From Staphylothermus hellenicus DSM 12710 (GTDB taxonomy: Archaea; Thermoproteota; Thermoprotei_A; Sulfolobales; Desulfurococcaceae), in contig NC_014205.1 in NCBI RefSeq assembly GCF_000092465.1, positions 480,001 through 512,000 on the forward strand: a stretch of DNA of 32,000 nucleotides. Reading direction: 5' to 3'. The notes under the pieces are model-generated. The model was not told where the DNA came from. It did no database searches and saw nothing but the letters and a program-made list of their open reading frames with translations. The position numbers and the translations under genes were made by a program. Shown in pieces: positions 1 to 7,285 of this stretch (the stretch's first letter is position 1; each line of letters starts with the position of its first letter).

Positions 1-293
1 CTTCTCCTTCTTCTACGCCTTGTTTTCCTAGGTATCCACTTCATATCTGGTGTTCCAAGGCTTCCATCTGGAAACTCTATGATTGCTCCAAGTGCTAGTA
101 GGTGGTTAACTGCTTTCCTAAGTCTGTCCTCACCAGCTATGCCGCTAAACTCTTTGATTAGTTCGTCGAAGAACATTGGTCGGCCTTTCTCCTTGATGGT
201 TTCTAGCACCATTTCCGGTAATTCTTCGTCTCTGGGGGCTAATGCTACTATTACTTCTTGGTCTTCGTAAACAATTTTTTTAATGCGAGGCAT
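1..293 (-). CDS. hypothetical small protein, N-terminal part only (runs off the window start); possibly winged-helix-like with an Arg-rich segment
   Basis: Absent from the ORF track because the window edge truncates it. Hand translation of the reverse strand from ATG (293..291) gives MPRIKKIVYEDQEVIVALAPRDEELPEMVLETIKEKGRPMFFDELIKEFSGIAGEDRLRKAVNHLLALGAIIEFPDGSLGTPDMKWIPRKTRRRRRR, with no stop down to base 1. A TATAAAA-like box lies on the minus strand at about 323..330. The 79..270 + ORF is its antisense shadow. Confidence 0.6.
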   Translation of the reverse strand, partial: MPRIKKIVYEDQEVIVALAPRDEELPEMVLETIKEKGRPMFFDELIKEFSGIAGEDRLRKAVNHLLALGAIIEFPDGSLGTPDMKWIPRKTRRRRRR

Positions 294-330
294 ATTCTAC
301 CACCTGGAAATATTTTCTCTATGTTTTATA

Positions 331-400
331 GTGGGAACGATTATATATAAATCCTTTGTTGGAACAATCCCACTAAAATGTATTGGAACGATCATATATT
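331..400. promoter_or_regulatory. repeated GGAAC(G/A)AT motifs in the divergent promoter between the small gene and iorA
   Basis: GGGAACGATTATATAT (333..348) and TGGAACGATCATATAT (384..399) are near-identical direct repeats 51 nt apart. A third copy, TGGAACAATC, is at 360..369. AGTGGGA (330..336) and TCCCACT (369..375) form an inverted pair. The ATATAT tails may be TATA boxes. Confidence 0.3.
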
Positions 401-554
401 TTCACGTATTTATAAAGAACAAATAATATGTATCGCCGAATTTATTAAACCTGGTAGTCATCAATTTGTAGTAGCGTAGAATAATTGTTTCTAAGGAGGT
501 GGCTTCACTATTCCAAAAACAGATCTCCTGGCTCGTAAGGGTTCAAAAATATTA

Positions 555-2432
555 TTGATGGGTAATGAAGCAATAGCTCGGGGAGCATTAGAGGCTGGAA
601 TATGTTTTGCATCAGCATATCCGGGAACACCATCAACAGAGATAGTTGAGAGCTTAGCTAGTGTTGCTAAGAAGGCTGGAATATATGTTGAGTGGAGCAC
701 TAATGAGAAAGTCGCTTTTGAAGCCGCATATGCTGCAGCCATCAGCCATGTTAGAAGCTTAGTGGCGATGAAGCATGTTGGTGTAAATGTTGCAGCAGAT
801 ATATTGATGAGCAGCGGATACGCTGGAACAAACGCTGGATTCGTAGTTGTATCAGCAGATGATCCGGGACAGCATAGTAGCCAGAATGAACAAGATAATA
901 GATGGTATGGAATGATATCACATATACCAGTAGTTGAGCCAAGCAGTCCTAGAGAAGCATATAAACTGGTAAAGGAAGCATATAGGTTAAGCGAGAAATA
1001 TAAGCACCCAGTAATCTTTAGATCAACGACGAGGATTAGCCATACCCGTCAACCCGTACTCTTAGAAGAAGATATCCCAGCAGAGAAAAAATGCAGAGGA
1101 AAATTTGAGAGAACCATTGAGAGATGGGTGCTTGTTCCAGCGCATGGTAGGAAACAGAAGCGTAGAATGATGAGTGTATGGAAACAGGTTAGGGAGGAAG
1201 AGGGGCATCCACCATTTATAACAGTATTTAATCCTGGAAGGAGAAAAGTTGTTGTAGCGGATGGAATAGCTTATACACATGTAGCGGAAGCATTGGAGCT
1301 CATGGGTAAAACAGATGAATACACAGTTGTAAAGGTAAATCTACCGGTTCCTCTACCATATAAACCCCTGGTTGAAGCACTACAGGATGCTAAACAGGTA
1401 TTGATAGTTGAGGAGCTTGATCCAGTTGTTGAGATGCAGGTTAAACAAATAATGTATGAGAACGGTTTAGCAGTTGATCTACATGGCAAAGACTTTGTTC
1501 CCGAAAATGGAGAACTAGACCTAGACACAGTTTATAGAAGCATAGCAATGTTTGAGGGAAGAGAACCAGCTGCTCCATGGGAACCCATGAAACCACTAGA
1601 TCTAACCCCTAAAATACCTCCTAGACCACCAGTTATGTGTCCTGGTTGTCCACATAGAAACACATTCTATATTGTAAAAGTAGCAGCTAATAAGGCTCGT
1701 TTAAAGAATCCAATATTTACAGGCGATATTGGATGCTATACTCTGGGTTATCAAAAACCATTCTATACACAAATGACCAGCTTCGAGATGGGTGGAAGCA
1801 TAGGTGTAGCTCATGGGCTCAGCAAAGTTGTTGACGAACCAGTAGTGGCTGTTATTGGTGATTCAACATTTTATCATGCAGGAATACCTGGATCAATAAA
1901 TATTGCCTATAACAAGGGTAAAGCAGTGGTCTTGGTCCTAGACAACTATTATACAGCAATGACTGGCCACCAACCCCATCCTGGAACAGGAAAAACTGCT
2001 ATGGGTGAGGAAACTTATCGTGTACCAATAGAGAAGATATTGGAGACAATAGGGTTTGAAACATACGTGATAAACCCGATGAACGTGAAGGAGTCAATAA
2101 ACAAGGTTGCTGAAGCATTTGAGAAATATAAGGAGGGTAAGCCGGTAGCTATTGTTTCCAAGATGAAATGCGCACTACAAGCAATACGTGATGCTAGACA
2201 TAAGGGCATCAAATTACCGGTCTATACTATACTCCAAGACAAATGTACAGGTTGTATGGTATGTGTTAATCTACTGGGATGCCCAGCAATAGTTGTTCCG
2301 AAGGGATCAAAGAAGCCAGTAATACTGCCTGAACTCTGTGCTGGATGCGGATTATGTGCTCAGGTATGCCCGTTCAACGCTATAGTTTTGAAGGAGAAAG
2401 GCTCGCCTAACTGGTTAGAAGCATGGTTCTAG
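555..2432 (+). CDS. iorA: indolepyruvate:ferredoxin oxidoreductase, alpha subunit
   Basis: 625-aa ORF. It has N-terminal GNEAIARGALEAG, a TPP-binding region (GDIGCYTLG ... GDSTFYHAG) and two C-terminal ferredoxin-type Cys clusters (CTGCMVCVNLLGCP, CAGCGLCAQVCP). The beta subunit follows 17 nt downstream. The start is uncertain: the track uses TTG555/ATG558, but an in-frame GTG at 498 (just after TAA 492..494) would add VGFTIPKTDLLARKGSKILL, which looks like a genuine IorA N-terminus. Confidence 0.9.
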   Translation: MMGNEAIARGALEAGICFASAYPGTPSTEIVESLASVAKKAGIYVEWSTNEKVAFEAAYAAAISHVRSLVAMKHVGVNVAADILMSSGYAGTNAGFVVVSADDPGQHSSQNEQDNRWYGMISHIPVVEPSSPREAYKLVKEAYRLSEKYKHPVIFRSTTRISHTRQPVLLEEDIPAEKKCRGKFERTIERWVLVPAHGRKQKRRMMSVWKQVREEEGHPPFITVFNPGRRKVVVADGIAYTHVAEALELMGKTDEYTVVKVNLPVPLPYKPLVEALQDAKQVLIVEELDPVVEMQVKQIMYENGLAVDLHGKDFVPENGELDLDTVYRSIAMFEGREPAAPWEPMKPLDLTPKIPPRPPVMCPGCPHRNTFYIVKVAANKARLKNPIFTGDIGCYTLGYQKPFYTQMTSFEMGGSIGVAHGLSKVVDEPVVAVIGDSTFYHAGIPGSINIAYNKGKAVVLVLDNYYTAMTGHQPHPGTGKTAMGEETYRVPIEKILETIGFETYVINPMNVKESINKVAEAFEKYKEGKPVAIVSKMKCALQAIRDARHKGIKLPVYTILQDKCTGCMVCVNLLGCPAIVVPKGSKKPVILPELCAGCGLCAQVCPFNAIVLKEKGSPNWLEAWF

Positions 2433-2449
2433 ATTGGAGGTGAACATGT

Positions 2450-3052
2450 ATGCCTAGAAGATACAATATAGTCGTAGCCGGAGTAGGTGGGCAGGGATTA
2501 CTAACTCTTGGAAGAGTATTGGGAAACGCAGCTATAGAAGCTGGAATAGACTTATCAATAGCTGAAACACATGGATTATCACAGCGTGGCGGAAGCTTGA
2601 TTGTCCAGATAAGACTAGGTGAAGGAGAATCACCGATGATTCCTCGAGGAGCAGCAGATCTACTGATAGGATTGGAAGCATTAGAGACAGCTAGGCAGAT
2701 TATATACGCTAATAAAGAAACAAGAATAGTTATGAACAAATTCATATGGCCTCCCCCACTAGAAATATATCCCGACATAGACCAGATAATCGAGAAAATC
2801 AAGGAGAGAAATCTAAGACTATACATCATAGACGCTAATAGGATCTCCGAGGAGATAGCGGGATCAATAATATCTGCAAACATGGCCATCCTAGGATACT
2901 CTTACGCAGTAGATCCTGGTTTACAGGAACGACTAGAATATAAGCACCTAGTAAAAGGGCTTGAAAGAGTATTTCGTGGAAAAGTCTTAGAACTAAATAA
3001 GAAAGTCTTAGAAACAGCATATGATCTCGGGAGAAAACAAGTAGAAAAATAA
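2450..3052 (+). CDS. iorB: indolepyruvate:ferredoxin oxidoreductase, beta subunit
   Basis: 200 aa. The N-terminal IVVAGVGGQGLLTLGRVLG and AETHGLSQRGG motifs are typical of the oxidoreductase gamma-type domain of IorB. GGAGGTG at 2436..2442 lies 7 nt before the ATG. The gene sits immediately downstream of iorA. Confidence 0.88.
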   Translation: MPRRYNIVVAGVGGQGLLTLGRVLGNAAIEAGIDLSIAETHGLSQRGGSLIVQIRLGEGESPMIPRGAADLLIGLEALETARQIIYANKETRIVMNKFIWPPPLEIYPDIDQIIEKIKERNLRLYIIDANRISEEIAGSIISANMAILGYSYAVDPGLQERLEYKHLVKGLERVFRGKVLELNKKVLETAYDLGRKQVEK

Positions 3053-3146
3053 AACTATTAAGACAAGGATTTTTAACCTCTACAATAGATCACCGGGTTA
3101 AACATATTCATTTTTTATTACTAAACAATTTAGATTGGTGGAATAA

Positions 3147-4106
3147 TTGTCTAGTAGAATACTTGTAACTGGTGGAGCTGGTTTTATTGGAAGCCACTTA
3201 GTCGATGAACTTCTCAGACGAGGCTATTATGTTAGAGTATTAGATAATCTAAGCAGTGGTTCATTAAAGAATATACAGCACCATATAGGGGAGAAGAACT
3301 TTGATTTTTTAAGGGGAGACCTGAAAAACATGGATATAATTAATAATTCTCTCAAGGATATTGATACAGTTTTCCACTTAGCCGCTAATCCCGAGGTTAG
3401 ATTAAGCACTACAGATCCCGAGATACATTTTAGAGAAAACATTGTCGCTACATTCAACTTATTAGAGGCAATCCGTAGAAGCGGGGGTGTCGAGGTATTA
3501 GTATTTGCTAGTTCAAGCACGGTATATGGTGATCCACAAATAATACCTACCCCGGAAACACATGAGATAAGACCGATCAGCGTATATGGAGCTTCTAAAG
3601 CCGCATGTGAATCACTAATATGCTCATATGCCCATCTATACGGGTTCAAAGCATTATCGCTGAGATACGCCAATATTGTTGGTCCAAGACTGAACCATGG
3701 AGTAATATATGATTTCATATTGAAGCTGAAAAAGAACCCTGAAATCCTAGAAGTACTCGGTGATGGTACCCAGAAGAAAAGCTACTTATACGTTAAAGAC
3801 GCTGTAGATGCAACACTCCATGTTTATGATAGAATAAGTAAAACATATGATGTATACAATATTGGTAATGAGGACTGGATAACTGTCCGTGAAATAGCTG
3901 AAATAGTTGCTGAAGCAATGGGTGTTTCACCAAGAATAATATATAGCGGGGGAACACCAGATGGTAGAGGATGGCCTGGAGACGTTAAATACATGCTTCT
4001 AAGCATAGATAAGCTGAAAAAACTAGGATGGAAACCAAAATATAGCAGTCGCGAAGCAGTAAAACTCACTGCTGAAGCGTTGGTTAGAGAAATAATAGGT
4101 AAGTGA
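3147..4106 (+). CDS. NAD-dependent nucleotide-sugar epimerase/dehydratase (SDR family, GalE-like)
   Basis: 319 aa. It has the Rossmann motif VTGGAGFIGSHL and the catalytic YGASKAACE (YxxxK). The TTG start is preceded by GGTGG at 3136..3140. Confidence 0.85.
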   Translation: MSSRILVTGGAGFIGSHLVDELLRRGYYVRVLDNLSSGSLKNIQHHIGEKNFDFLRGDLKNMDIINNSLKDIDTVFHLAANPEVRLSTTDPEIHFRENIVATFNLLEAIRRSGGVEVLVFASSSTVYGDPQIIPTPETHEIRPISVYGASKAACESLICSYAHLYGFKALSLRYANIVGPRLNHGVIYDFILKLKKNPEILEVLGDGTQKKSYLYVKDAVDATLHVYDRISKTYDVYNIGNEDWITVREIAEIVAEAMGVSPRIIYSGGTPDGRGWPGDVKYMLLSIDKLKKLGWKPKYSSREAVKLTAEALVREIIGK

Positions 4107-4204
4107 TCAAACACCATATTTGAAAAATAAATGATCTTTGAAAGAATATGTTCCAAAAAAGAAATACACAAGTATGATTATGACCTAAAAAACCCTCTTA
4201 TTTT

Positions 4205-4588
4205 CTACCTATAGGTTGCCTCTCCACCCTGCTTCTTCAGAGTTTCCCTTAGCTCTTTGATTCTCTCCTCTACAGATCTGAGCTCCTCCTGCAACTCCTT
4301 GAGATCCTCTTCCAAAGCTTTCTTATAGTCTTCGAGCATCGCTAATTCTTCTTCAGGGCTCATAGGGAGTGGCGGTGGCGGAAAATATGGTGGAACCGGC
4401 TGATACACTGGTTGTGGTGGTTGAGGGGGCCGCCATTGTTGTTGAGTGGGTTGTTGTACTTGTTGGGTTTGTTGCTGTGGCTGTGTTTGTTGTTGGTATG
4501 GGTATTGGTATGGGTATGGTGGAGCATACCATGGTGGTGGCGGTGGAGGCCTATATCTTTTCATTATTCTATACCACCAATAGCTCAT
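4205..4588 (-). CDS. Pro/Gln/Tyr-rich low-complexity protein with C-terminal coiled coil, DUF5320-like
   Basis: 127 aa. Residues 1-75 are almost only P, Q, Y and W (RPPPPPPWYAPPYPYQYPYQQQTQPQQQTQQVQQPTQQQWRPPQPPQPVYQPVPPYFPPPP). Residues ~76-120 form a charged heptad-like helix (SPEEELAMLEDYKKALEEDLKELQEELRSVEERIKELRETLKK) that matches my memory of the conserved C-terminal helix of DUF5320 proteins. It is the last gene of a 4-gene collinear set, 15 nt after the upstream stop. Confidence 0.65.
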   Translation of the reverse strand: MSYWWYRIMKRYRPPPPPPWYAPPYPYQYPYQQQTQPQQQTQQVQQPTQQQWRPPQPPQPVYQPVPPYFPPPPLPMSPEEELAMLEDYKKALEEDLKELQEELRSVEERIKELRETLKKQGGEATYR

Positions 4589-4603
4589 TGGTAATACACC
4601 ATG

Positions 4604-4858
4604 TTAGCTCTCACTTGTCTTCGTATATGTTTTATATTGTTCAAGGCTCTTAATGAATGTCTCCATAGTTTTTCTCCAAGTATCAAGCATTGTTCTATAG
4701 ATCTCGATTGTCAACATATAGTAGTATGGATATATCATGTACTGGGTCATTACTGCTGTTAAATATTCTGGGTCATAGAATGGATAGCATCCGTAGGGAG
4801 GTATAGGGGCTGGTGGATAAGCATAGTACCATTTAGGTGGAGGCGGATACCAGCTCAT
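4604..4858 (-). CDS. Pro/Tyr/Trp-rich small protein with helical C-terminal half (unknown function)
   Basis: 84 aa: MSWYPPPPKWYYAYPPAPIPPYGCYPFYDPEY followed by a Tyr/Met-rich and then amphipathic segment (TMLDTWRKTMETFIKSLEQYK). The start is 4 nt after the stop of the upstream gene, with GGTGGTGA as a possible ribosome-binding site. The strand is inferred from the operon arrangement. Confidence 0.55.
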   Translation of the reverse strand: MSWYPPPPKWYYAYPPAPIPPYGCYPFYDPEYLTAVMTQYMIYPYYYMLTIEIYRTMLDTWRKTMETFIKSLEQYKTYTKTSES

Positions 4859-4862
4859 GGCT

Positions 4863-5153
4863 TCACCACCAGCCCCACCATGGTCTAAAATAATAATATG
4901 GTGCCGGATAATATGTTGGAGTATACGGTGTTATATATGGAGTAGTATAGTATGGGTAGTAGTACCAGGGATACCAGTAGTATCCGAGCCATGGATAAAA
5001 CCATCTATATGCTCCTCTCCCAAGGATCCATCCTGGCCTCTGCCATGGTGGTAAATAGCTGAAGGGGCCTTTTCCCGGCCATGGTCCGCGCCAGCCTCCT
5101 TTACCTTTACCCCAACCCCATCCTCCAAACCATGGGAACCAAGCCATATACAT
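4863..5153 (-). CDS. extreme Trp/Tyr/Pro/Gly-rich small basic protein (unknown function)
   Basis: 96 aa. Hand count: W16, Y19, F5, P16, G15 (71 of 96 residues), 8 K/R, no D or E. The N-terminus (GGWGWGKGKGGWRGPWPGKGP) resembles the Gly/Arg/Trp tail of the upstream NifX-like protein. GGAGGTG sits directly upstream (reverse complement of 5155..5161). Its spacing favours the second ATG (Met3, 5147) as the true start. Confidence 0.6.
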   Translation of the reverse strand: MYMAWFPWFGGWGWGKGKGGWRGPWPGKGPFSYLPPWQRPGWILGRGAYRWFYPWLGYYWYPWYYYPYYTTPYITPYTPTYYPAPYYYFRPWWGWW

Positions 5154-5225
5154 ACACCTCCTGGAATTGCTTCATTGATAGATATAGTCATAGAGGTTAA
5201 TAAAAAATTGTTCATATGCATAAAA

Positions 5226-5708
5226 TCACCTAATAAGACCCGCCCCTCTAAGAGCATCAACGACCCTAGAACCAGGAGGGACAGAGTAGACACTAATACC
5301 TTGTTGTTGAAGCATAGCTTGTGCATTAGGGCCAATAGTAGATGCTATAACAATTCTCGCACCAGCCCCCGCAACGAACTGGGCAAAGGCGAAACCAGCT
5401 CCTCCACCCCCCATAGCATAGGGGTTCTGCACCGGATATATATTGGCTATGTTACCATTTACTATATCGATGAATAATATAATTGGAGCACGCGCGAAGA
5501 CCGGTGAAACATGCGATTCTAAACCATTATTGTCATCAACACATACAGCTGCTCTAACACCATTAGGTGGGGGCGGCGGTAATTGTGGCTGAATAGGTTG
5601 ATAAGGCTGAAAACCACCGGGGCCTCCGCCTGTCCATCGAGGCCCGCCTCTGCCTCTACCCCATCCCTTACCTCTACCTTTACCCCATCCATAACCTTGC
5701 CAAGCCAT
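5226..5708 (-). CDS. NifX/NifB-C-type (dinitrogenase FeMo-cofactor biosynthesis, Nitro_FeMo-Co) domain protein with Gly/Trp/Arg- and Pro-rich N-terminal tail
   Basis: 160 aa. Residues ~50-160 (RAAVCVDDNNGLESHVSPVFARAPIILFIDIVNG ... GGGGAGFAFAQFVAGAGARIVIASTIGPNAQAMLQQQGISVY) follow the pattern of the Nitro_FeMo-Co domain: HFGxAxxFxIxD ... G.GAG...A..L...G...VI....G..A...L...GI.V. Residues 1-49 are MAWQGYGWGKGRGKGWGRGRGGPRWTGGGPGGFQPYQPIQPQLPPPPPN. Confidence 0.8.
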   Translation of the reverse strand: MAWQGYGWGKGRGKGWGRGRGGPRWTGGGPGGFQPYQPIQPQLPPPPPNGVRAAVCVDDNNGLESHVSPVFARAPIILFIDIVNGNIANIYPVQNPYAMGGGGAGFAFAQFVAGAGARIVIASTIGPNAQAMLQQQGISVYSVPPGSRVVDALRGAGLIR

Positions 5709-5852
5709 ATTAGATCGCCTAATATTTGTGAATTGTGAATAAATAATATGTATTAAGGTATATTAGCATTTTCACATAATGCTAAACAATAATAATCTAA
5801 TATAGTGTTTAAACAAACATATACAAGTAATGAATCGATCAAATAATAAGCA

Positions 5853-6455
5853 ATGGTGACGAGTATGGATATAGATATTTACCAGCTAACATCAGCAATA
5901 CTAATGTTGTTCGTAGTACTTGACGCACCAGGAAATGCTCCACTATTCTACTTCTTCACAAAAGATATGGAGCCGTGGAGGAGAATATATACTATTCGAA
6001 AAAGCATCATTATAGCAACATTTATACTGTTATTGTTTGGTTTGTTCGGGGACTATATACTATTATATTTCGATATAACAGTTAATGATTTCAGAATAGC
6101 TGGTGGAATAATATTATTCATATATGCTGTACTAGGAATACTTGGACACACAACAGCTGAGGAGGTAAGTGGTGAGGAAATAGCAGTAGTACCACTAGCT
6201 ACACCATTATTAGCCGGTCCAGGATCAATAACAGTAGTTATATATCTAAAATATAGTATGGGTCTAGTAATATCTCTACTAAGCATAGCAATCAACATGA
6301 TTATAGCATGGATAATGCTTGAAAATGGAGGAAAACTTTTACAACTCCTAGGAAAACAAGGAAGCACTGTTTTAAGCAAAATACTTGCAATACTATTAGC
6401 AGCATACTCTGTAGCAATGATACGTGAAGGCATAATATCAATAATTAACGTGTGA
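5853..6455 (+). CDS. MarC-family integral membrane protein (UPF0056)
   Basis: 200 aa with about 6 hydrophobic helices. It has the N-terminal LDAPGNAPLFYFFT motif characteristic of MarC/NAAT-type proteins. It is divergent from the low-complexity operon. Confidence 0.75.
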   Translation: MVTSMDIDIYQLTSAILMLFVVLDAPGNAPLFYFFTKDMEPWRRIYTIRKSIIIATFILLLFGLFGDYILLYFDITVNDFRIAGGIILFIYAVLGILGHTTAEEVSGEEIAVVPLATPLLAGPGSITVVIYLKYSMGLVISLLSIAINMIIAWIMLENGGKLLQLLGKQGSTVLSKILAILLAAYSVAMIREGIISIINV

Positions 6456-6597
6456 ACACTGAGTAGTGATTAATGGAAAACTATCCATTAACCCCGTATA
6501 GAAAAATCGAACACATATAAAGTACTTACAAACCCTTATAAGCATATTATTTAATACTATTGTAAACAGTAGAAAACAGCTAAGCCGGTGACCTTTA

Positions 6598-6969
6598 TTG
6601 GCAGAGGAGCTTCCAGATTATCTAAAAATGAAATTAATGAAAAAAATCATGAGCAAAGCTATGAAATCCAGTGAAGAAAAGAAAAAAGCCGGGAAAGAAA
6701 AAACTGATCCAGAAAAGATTGTTTGGGAAAAGCTTAGAGATGAACGGGCTAGAGAACTCATGTATAAAGCAAAAACCCTCTACCCCGATAGATACCCATT
6801 AGTAATCCAAGTCCTCCATACTTTGATCCACCAAGGAAAAATTAAAGAACTCGATGGCTACACAACCCTGCTCCTCCTCCACAGACTAGGTGTTCCAGTA
6901 AAACCCGATCTAAAAATAAGATTTGTAAAACATGGTAAAGAAGTTGATATGAAAGAATATCTCGAATAA
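6598..6969 (+). CDS. PDCD5/TFAR19-related double-stranded-DNA-binding protein
   Basis: 123 aa with a Lys/Glu-rich N-terminus. The segment LRDERARELMYKAKTLYPDRYPLVIQVLHTLIHQGKIKELDGYTTLLLLHRLG aligns by eye to the archaeal dsDNA_bind family (MTH1615-like: LTPEARSRL...RPD..EQIE.QLIQLAQ.G.....ITDEQL..LL). The TTG start is from the track; an ATG at 6628 is an alternative. Confidence 0.6.
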   Translation: MAEELPDYLKMKLMKKIMSKAMKSSEEKKKAGKEKTDPEKIVWEKLRDERARELMYKAKTLYPDRYPLVIQVLHTLIHQGKIKELDGYTTLLLLHRLGVPVKPDLKIRFVKHGKEVDMKEYLE

Positions 6970-7285
6970 CCATACATAGGCTTCCTCGTATTTTCACTAC
7001 TCATATCAATACATGCATAACGAGCAAGGAGAAAAATTGGATTAATTATTTCATCTGCGTTAACACCTATCTCACTATATATGTTCCCAAGCAGTAATCT
7101 ACATGCTACACACCATCATGAACACAGAAGAAATAAATAGAATAATAAACGCTCTAAACACAACACCAATAATAGCATATATCATAAGTAATAACTATAG
7201 GAGGACTAGGAACAATAGGCCTAATACTCAATATAAAATCATTCCCAACACTATACAAATCCCTAGACGCATTCATATAAACAAT

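Noticed and set aside
79-270. 63-aa + strand ORF from the track
   Set aside because: It lies entirely antisense to a longer, uninterrupted minus-strand reading frame (1..293) that has a proper ATG and an upstream TATA-like box. Its sequence is Ser/Leu-rich shadow-frame-like.
1161-1175. C-box-like AUGAUGA sequences (for example 1165 region, 29346..29352, 18944..18956 minus) as possible C/D-box sRNAs
   Set aside because: No matching D box (CUGA) lies at a suitable distance, there are no terminal stems, and most of these sequences sit inside well-supported coding regions.
491-2212. Minus-strand ORFs 491..742, 751..942, 1062..1280, 1271..1528 and 2015..2212
   Set aside because: All are antisense shadows inside iorA, whose + frame carries unambiguous TPP and ferredoxin motifs over its full length.
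2407-3020. 160-aa (2407..2889) and 61-aa (2835..3020) minus-strand ORFs
   Set aside because: They are antisense to iorB, which has strong family motifs and an SD box. The antisense products are Ser/Ile/Leu-rich with no motifs.
3227-4171. 163-aa and 115-aa minus-strand ORFs
   Set aside because: They are antisense to the epimerase gene (Rossmann GxxGxxG and YxxxK motifs on the + strand).
4369-5054. + strand ORFs 4369..4653, 4412..4594 and 4857..5054 (Val/Trp/Leu/Gly-rich)
   Set aside because: They are products of the repetitive codon structure. They lack start-site signals and tile irregularly. By contrast, the minus-strand set forms a clean operon (gaps of 4 and 15 nt, GGAGGTG box) and ends in a recognisable coiled-coil and NifX-like domain. 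The strand call still deserves experimental confirmation.
4931-5477. 134-aa minus ORF (4931..5335) and 100-aa + ORF (5175..5477)
   Set aside because: They overlap the W/Y-rich gene and the NifX-like gene in other frames. The NifX-like frame has domain-level motif support and these do not.
6053-6433. 126-aa minus-strand ORF
   Set aside because: It is antisense to the MarC-family membrane protein gene.
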